Assembly: GCA_032718475.1 (NCBI GenBank) | Contig: JAUCBJ010002093.1 | Location: forward strand, 1-37,847 | Origin: Nemertoderma westbladi | Taxonomy: Eukaryota > Animalia > Xenacoelomorpha | Reading direction: 5' to 3' | Length of the DNA: 37,847 bases | Shown here: in pieces, positions 33,145-37,847 of the stretch | Numbering within the stretch: the first letter of the stretch is position 1 | Layout: each line of letters opens with the position of its first letter | Translations under genes and position numbers: made by a program | The notes under the pieces: generated by a model | Told to the model about the DNA's origin: nothing | The model's input: the letters and a program-made list of their open reading frames with translations, nothing else | The model's database searches: none

Positions 33145-36100
33145 ATGGATAGCAGTCTCGTGTACACGTGCAATGAACTCAGATATCTGATAGCCCCATC
33201 ATTCGGTCCTAATGGGAGGCAGGTGCTAATTGATAAGAGTGGAGAAGCTGTTGTTATTACTCGGTCTGGGAGTGCGATTCTCTCAACCGCCCCGCCATCC
33301 CACCCGATTACGAGAATAATAACTCGGTCTCTCTCAGACTTTGTCGCATATACCGGCGATTACTCCAAATATTTCATTATTATGTTGTCTAGTATTATTG
33401 AAGATATCATACATTGCCCAGCAAAGAATGAATTTAGTTTAATCGAAGTAATTCGTGTTATAGAAGATTTTATTTACGATGTTATCCCCAACCAAGTACT
33501 ATTAGCTATGATAGAATGTAAGGTGAACTTTGGTTGTTTAACGATTCGTGAAGTTGGTTACAGTGTAATACGTTCCTGTTTTCGAACCAACGGACTTCCG
33601 AATCAAAGGGTTTCTAAACATCTCGCCGACCTTCTAATAGAATATCTCGACACAAGAATAACTGATCCTAACGTTTGGGAAGATATCGTTGAAATCATTG
33701 ATGACATCAGTAATGATATCATCGAGGTCGATGGTCTATCAGTGACGGCATCCCGTCTTATAGACGGTTTTGTTATTCGTCAAGAGATTATGTTGCATAG
33801 TCCCACGATTAACGGAATCACAGACGCAGCTATTTGTGTTTTCCAAGATTCGACTGACGCTGATATTGCTGAACAACTGGAGTTCCATTTCAATGAAAAT
33901 CTCACTTTGTGTGACCTTATTGGAGAGCGAACGACGTTTTCCCAATTTCTCGAGTACTGCGTTGGTCACAGAATTAACATCGTGTTATCCGGTCGTCTAT
34001 TACCCGAAATCCTGCAATCGGCATTAAAGTTAAATGGAATCTCATATGTTCACGGAATCGAATCCGCAGAATTGGCTAGAATCTGCGAGAAGCTGGGTGT
34101 ATCTCCTGTAGACCTGAATCCGGTGCGACAAACTGAGTCGTGTGATTATCCGCGGTTTAACGTTGAATCAATCGTTTTGGGTCGATCCAAGTTCACCTTA
34201 TTGCGTCGAGTAAATAAGACAAGTTGTTTCTCCACTATTTGTATTTGCGGCCCTTGTATAAGTTTTCTCAAAATGTATTCAGCAACTCTGTTAAATTCTT
34301 TGAAGTCAATAAGAATGTCGTTTGATTCTGCCTCGCAACTATTTGCCGCGAATACTTCCACAGATGTAACTAAATTCCCGAGTCCATTGCTAATATATGG
34401 AGCTGGGAGTTTCGAATTCTTAGCTTACCGAATATTTTCAGACTATTCTAACCGCGTTAAGTCTTCGCCAATCCACAGGTTCGTGTCTCGTTGCTTAGCT
34501 ACGGCGTTTCTTCAAATACCTAAATTGTTACATGCGAATAGTTTCGTCGCTACTTCGCGCCATAGTTCATTTTATAGGAAGTTGTTGGTCGTTAACCAAC
34601 AAACAAGTACCTCCATCCCGTCGTCACCCATCCCTACTTCTATCCCATCACCCACCCCTACCTCAATCCCATCACCCATCCCTACCTCTATCCCATCACC
34701 CATCCCTACCTCTATCCCATCACCCATCCCTACCTCTATCCCATCACCCATCCCTACCTCTATCCCATCACCCATCCCTACCTCTATCCCATCACCCATC
34801 CCTACCTCAACTCCAACCTCTATCCCATCACCCATCCCTACCTCAACTCCAACCTCTATCCCATCACCCATCCCTACCTCTATCCCATCACCCATCCCTA
34901 CCTCTATCCCATCACCCATCCCTACCTCTATCCCATCACCCATCCCTACCTCTATCCCATCACCCATCCCTACCTCTATCCCATCACCCATCCCTACCTC
35001 TATCCCATCACCCATCCCTACCTCTATCCCATCACCCATCCCTACCTCTATCCCATCACCCATCCCTACCTCTATCCCATCACCCATCCCTACCTCTATC
35101 CCATCACCCATCCCTACCTCTATCCCATCACCCATCCCTACCTCTATCCCATCACCCATCCCTACCTCTATCCCATCACCCATCCCTACCTCTATCCCAT
35201 CACCCATCCCTACCTCTATCCCATCACCCATCCCTACCTCTATCCCATCACCCATCCCTACCTCTATCCCATCACCCATCCCTACCTCTATCCCATCACC
35301 CATCCCTACCTCTATCCCATCACCCATCCCTACCTCTATCCCATCACCCATCCCTACCTCTATCCCATCACCCATCCCTACCTCTATCCCATCACCCATC
35401 CCTACCTCTATCCCATCACCCATCCCTACCTCTACCCCATCACCCATCCCTACCTCTATCCCATCACCCATCCCTACCTCTATCCCATCACCCATCCCTA
35501 CCTCTATCCCATCACCCATCCCTACCTCTATCCCAACACCCATCCCTACCTCTATCCCGTCACCCATCCCTACCTCTATCCCATCACCCATCCCTACCTC
35601 TATCCCAACACCCATCCCTACCTCAACTCCAACCTCTATCCCATCACCCATCCCTACCTCAACTCCAACCTCTATCCCATCACCCATCCCTACCTCTATC
35701 CCATCACCCATCCCTACCTCTATCCCATCACCCATCCCTACCTCTATCCCGTCACCCATCCCTACCTCTATCCCATCACCCATCCCTACCTCTATCCCAT
35801 CACCCATCCCTACCTCTATCCCATCACCCATCCCTACCTCTATCCCATCACCCATCCCTACCTCTATCCCATCACCCATCCCTACCTCTATCCCATCACC
35901 CATCCCTACCTCTATCCCATCACCCATCCCTACCTCTATCCCAACACCCATCCCTACCTCTATCCCGTCACCCATCCCTACCTCTATCCCAATCACCCAT
36001 CCCTACCTCTATCCCATCACCCATCCCTACCTCAACTCCAACCTCTATCCCATCACCCATCCCTACCTCAACTCCAACCTCTATCCCATCACCCATCCCT

Positions 36101-37847
36101 ACCTCTATCCCATCACCCATCCCTACCTCTATCCCATCACCCATCCCTACCTCTATCCCAACACCCATCCCTACCTCTACCCCATCACCCATCCCTACCT
36201 CTATCCCATCACCCATCCCTACTTCTATCCCATCACCCATCCCTACCTCTATCCCAACACCCATCCCTACCTCTATCCCATCACCCATCCCTACCCTCTA
36301 TCCCATCACCCATCCCTACCTCTATCCCATCACCCATCCCTACCTCTATCCCATCACCCATCCCTACCTCTATCCCATCATCCATCCCTACCTCTATCCC
36401 ATCACCCATCCCTACCTCTATCCCATCACCCATCCCTACCTCTATCCCATCACCCATCCCTACCTCTATCCCATCACCCATCCCTACCTCTATCCCATCA
36501 CCCATCCCAACCTCTATCCCATCACCCATCCCTACCTCTATCCCATCAACCATCCCTACCTCAACTCCAACCTCTATCCCATCACCCATCCCTACCTCTA
36601 TCCCATCACCCATCCCTACCTCTATCCCAACACCCATCCCTACCTCTATCCCATCACCCATCCCTACCTCTATCCCATCACCCATCCCTACCTCTATCCC
36701 ATCACCCATCCCTACCTCTATCCCATCACCCATCCCAACCTCTATCCCATCACCCATCCCTACCTCTATCCCATCACCGATCCCTACCTCAACTCCAACC
36801 TCTATCCCATCACCCATCCCTACCTCTATCCCATCACCCATCCATACCTCTATCCCATCACCCATCCCTACCTCTATCCCATCACCCATCCCTACCTCTA
36901 TCCCATCACCCATCCCTACCTCTATCACATCACCCATCCCTACCTCTATCCCATCACCCATCCCTACCTCTATCCCATCACCCATCCCTACCTCTATCCC
37001 ATCACCCATCCCTACCTCTATCCCAACACCCATCCCTACCTCTATCCCATCACCCATCCCTACCTCTATCCCAACACCCATCCCTACCTCTATCCCATCA
37101 CCCATCCCTACCTCAACTCCAACCTCTATCCCATCACCCATCCCTACCTCTATCCCATCACCCATCCCTACCTCTATCCCATCACCCATCCCTACCTCTA
37201 TCCCATCACCCATCCCTACCTCTATCCCATCACCCATCCCTACCTCTATCCCATCACCCATCCCTACCTCTATCCCAACACCCATCCCTACCTCTATCCC
37301 ATCACCCATCCCTACCTCTATCCCATCACCCATCCCTACCTCTATCCCAACACCCATCCCTACCTCTATCCCATCACCCATCCCTACCTCTATCCCATCA
37401 CCCATCCCTACCTCTATCCCGTCACCCATCCCAACCTCTATCCCAACACCCATCCCTACCTCTATCCCATCACCCATCCCTACCTCTATCCCAACACCCA
37501 TCCCTACCTCTATCCCATCACCCATCCCTACCTCTATCCCAACACCCATCCCTACCTCTATCCCATCACCCATCCCTACCTCTATCCCAACACCCATCCC
37601 TACCTCTATCCCATCACCCATCCCTACCTCAACTCCAACCTCTATCCCATCACCCATCCCTACCTCTATCCCATCACCCATCCCTACCTCTATCCCATCA
37701 CCCATCCCTACCTCTATCCCAACACCCATCCCTACCTCAACTCCAACCTCTATCCCATCACACATCCCTACTTCGATCCCTACAACAATAGTTTCTCCAT
37801 CGAAGATCTCAAGTGAAGTAATGATGTATATAGATCCTGAAACGGGG
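33145..37847 (+). CDS. BBS10: Bardet-Biedl syndrome 10 chaperonin-like protein, runs off the window; two 1-bp insertions in the repeat
   Basis: FGPNGRQVL...SHPITRII...[10 protein letters not shown] and GAGSFEFL...AFLQIPKLL follow BBS10. After removing the extra bases at ~35991 and ~36295 the frame stays open to the window end (...[13 protein letters not shown]). Confidence 0.85.
34608..37781 (+). repeat. 24-bp minisatellite (ACCTCTATCCCATCACCCATCCCT), ~130 copies, encoding (TSIPSPIP)n
   Basis: Highly homogeneous array built from a 12-bp sub-repeat; recurrent 12-bp (TSTP) insert variants. Confidence 0.98.

Noticed and set aside
31654-33145. In-frame LisH-BBS10 fusion by splicing
   Set aside because: The acceptor-like AGs at ~33047 and ~33065 lead to stops before the BBS10 ATG when joined to the phase-2 donor.
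34532-37816. His/Pro-rich and (GDGIEVGM)n proteins from the ORF track
   Set aside because: Alternative frames and antisense of the 24-bp repeat.

Overview
AT-rich eukaryotic DNA, probably from an invertebrate animal, with no prokaryotic features. Four host genes are supportable: (i) a two-coding-exon, 10-cysteine, probably GPI-anchored Ly6/uPAR-like gene (10044-10428 + 12685-12944); (ii) an intronless, divergent UVSSA on the minus strand with ~26 in-frame 18-aa repeats and no recognisable zinc finger; (iii) the first coding (LisH) exon of KATNAL2; (iv) a BBS10 chaperonin-like ORF 1.5 kb downstream on the same strand, apparently inside the KATNAL2 intron, with a ~3.2-kb in-frame (SIPSPIPT)n insert. 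The rest is transposon and tandem-repeat DNA: a full-length decayed RTE LINE with a 14-bp TSD, L2-, CRE-, RTE- and RTEX-like fragments, several MITE/foldback elements with TSDs, SINE pieces and several tandem arrays. The most unusual observations are giant coding minisatellites in two neighbouring conserved genes, a 35-bp satellite whose monomer reads as a complete mini-intron and carries a co-amplified UUCG-hairpin cassette, and pervasive TA-(3-5 nt)-TA motifs that internal comparisons suggest are transposon excision footprints. All family assignments come from remembered motifs; no search or computation was run.
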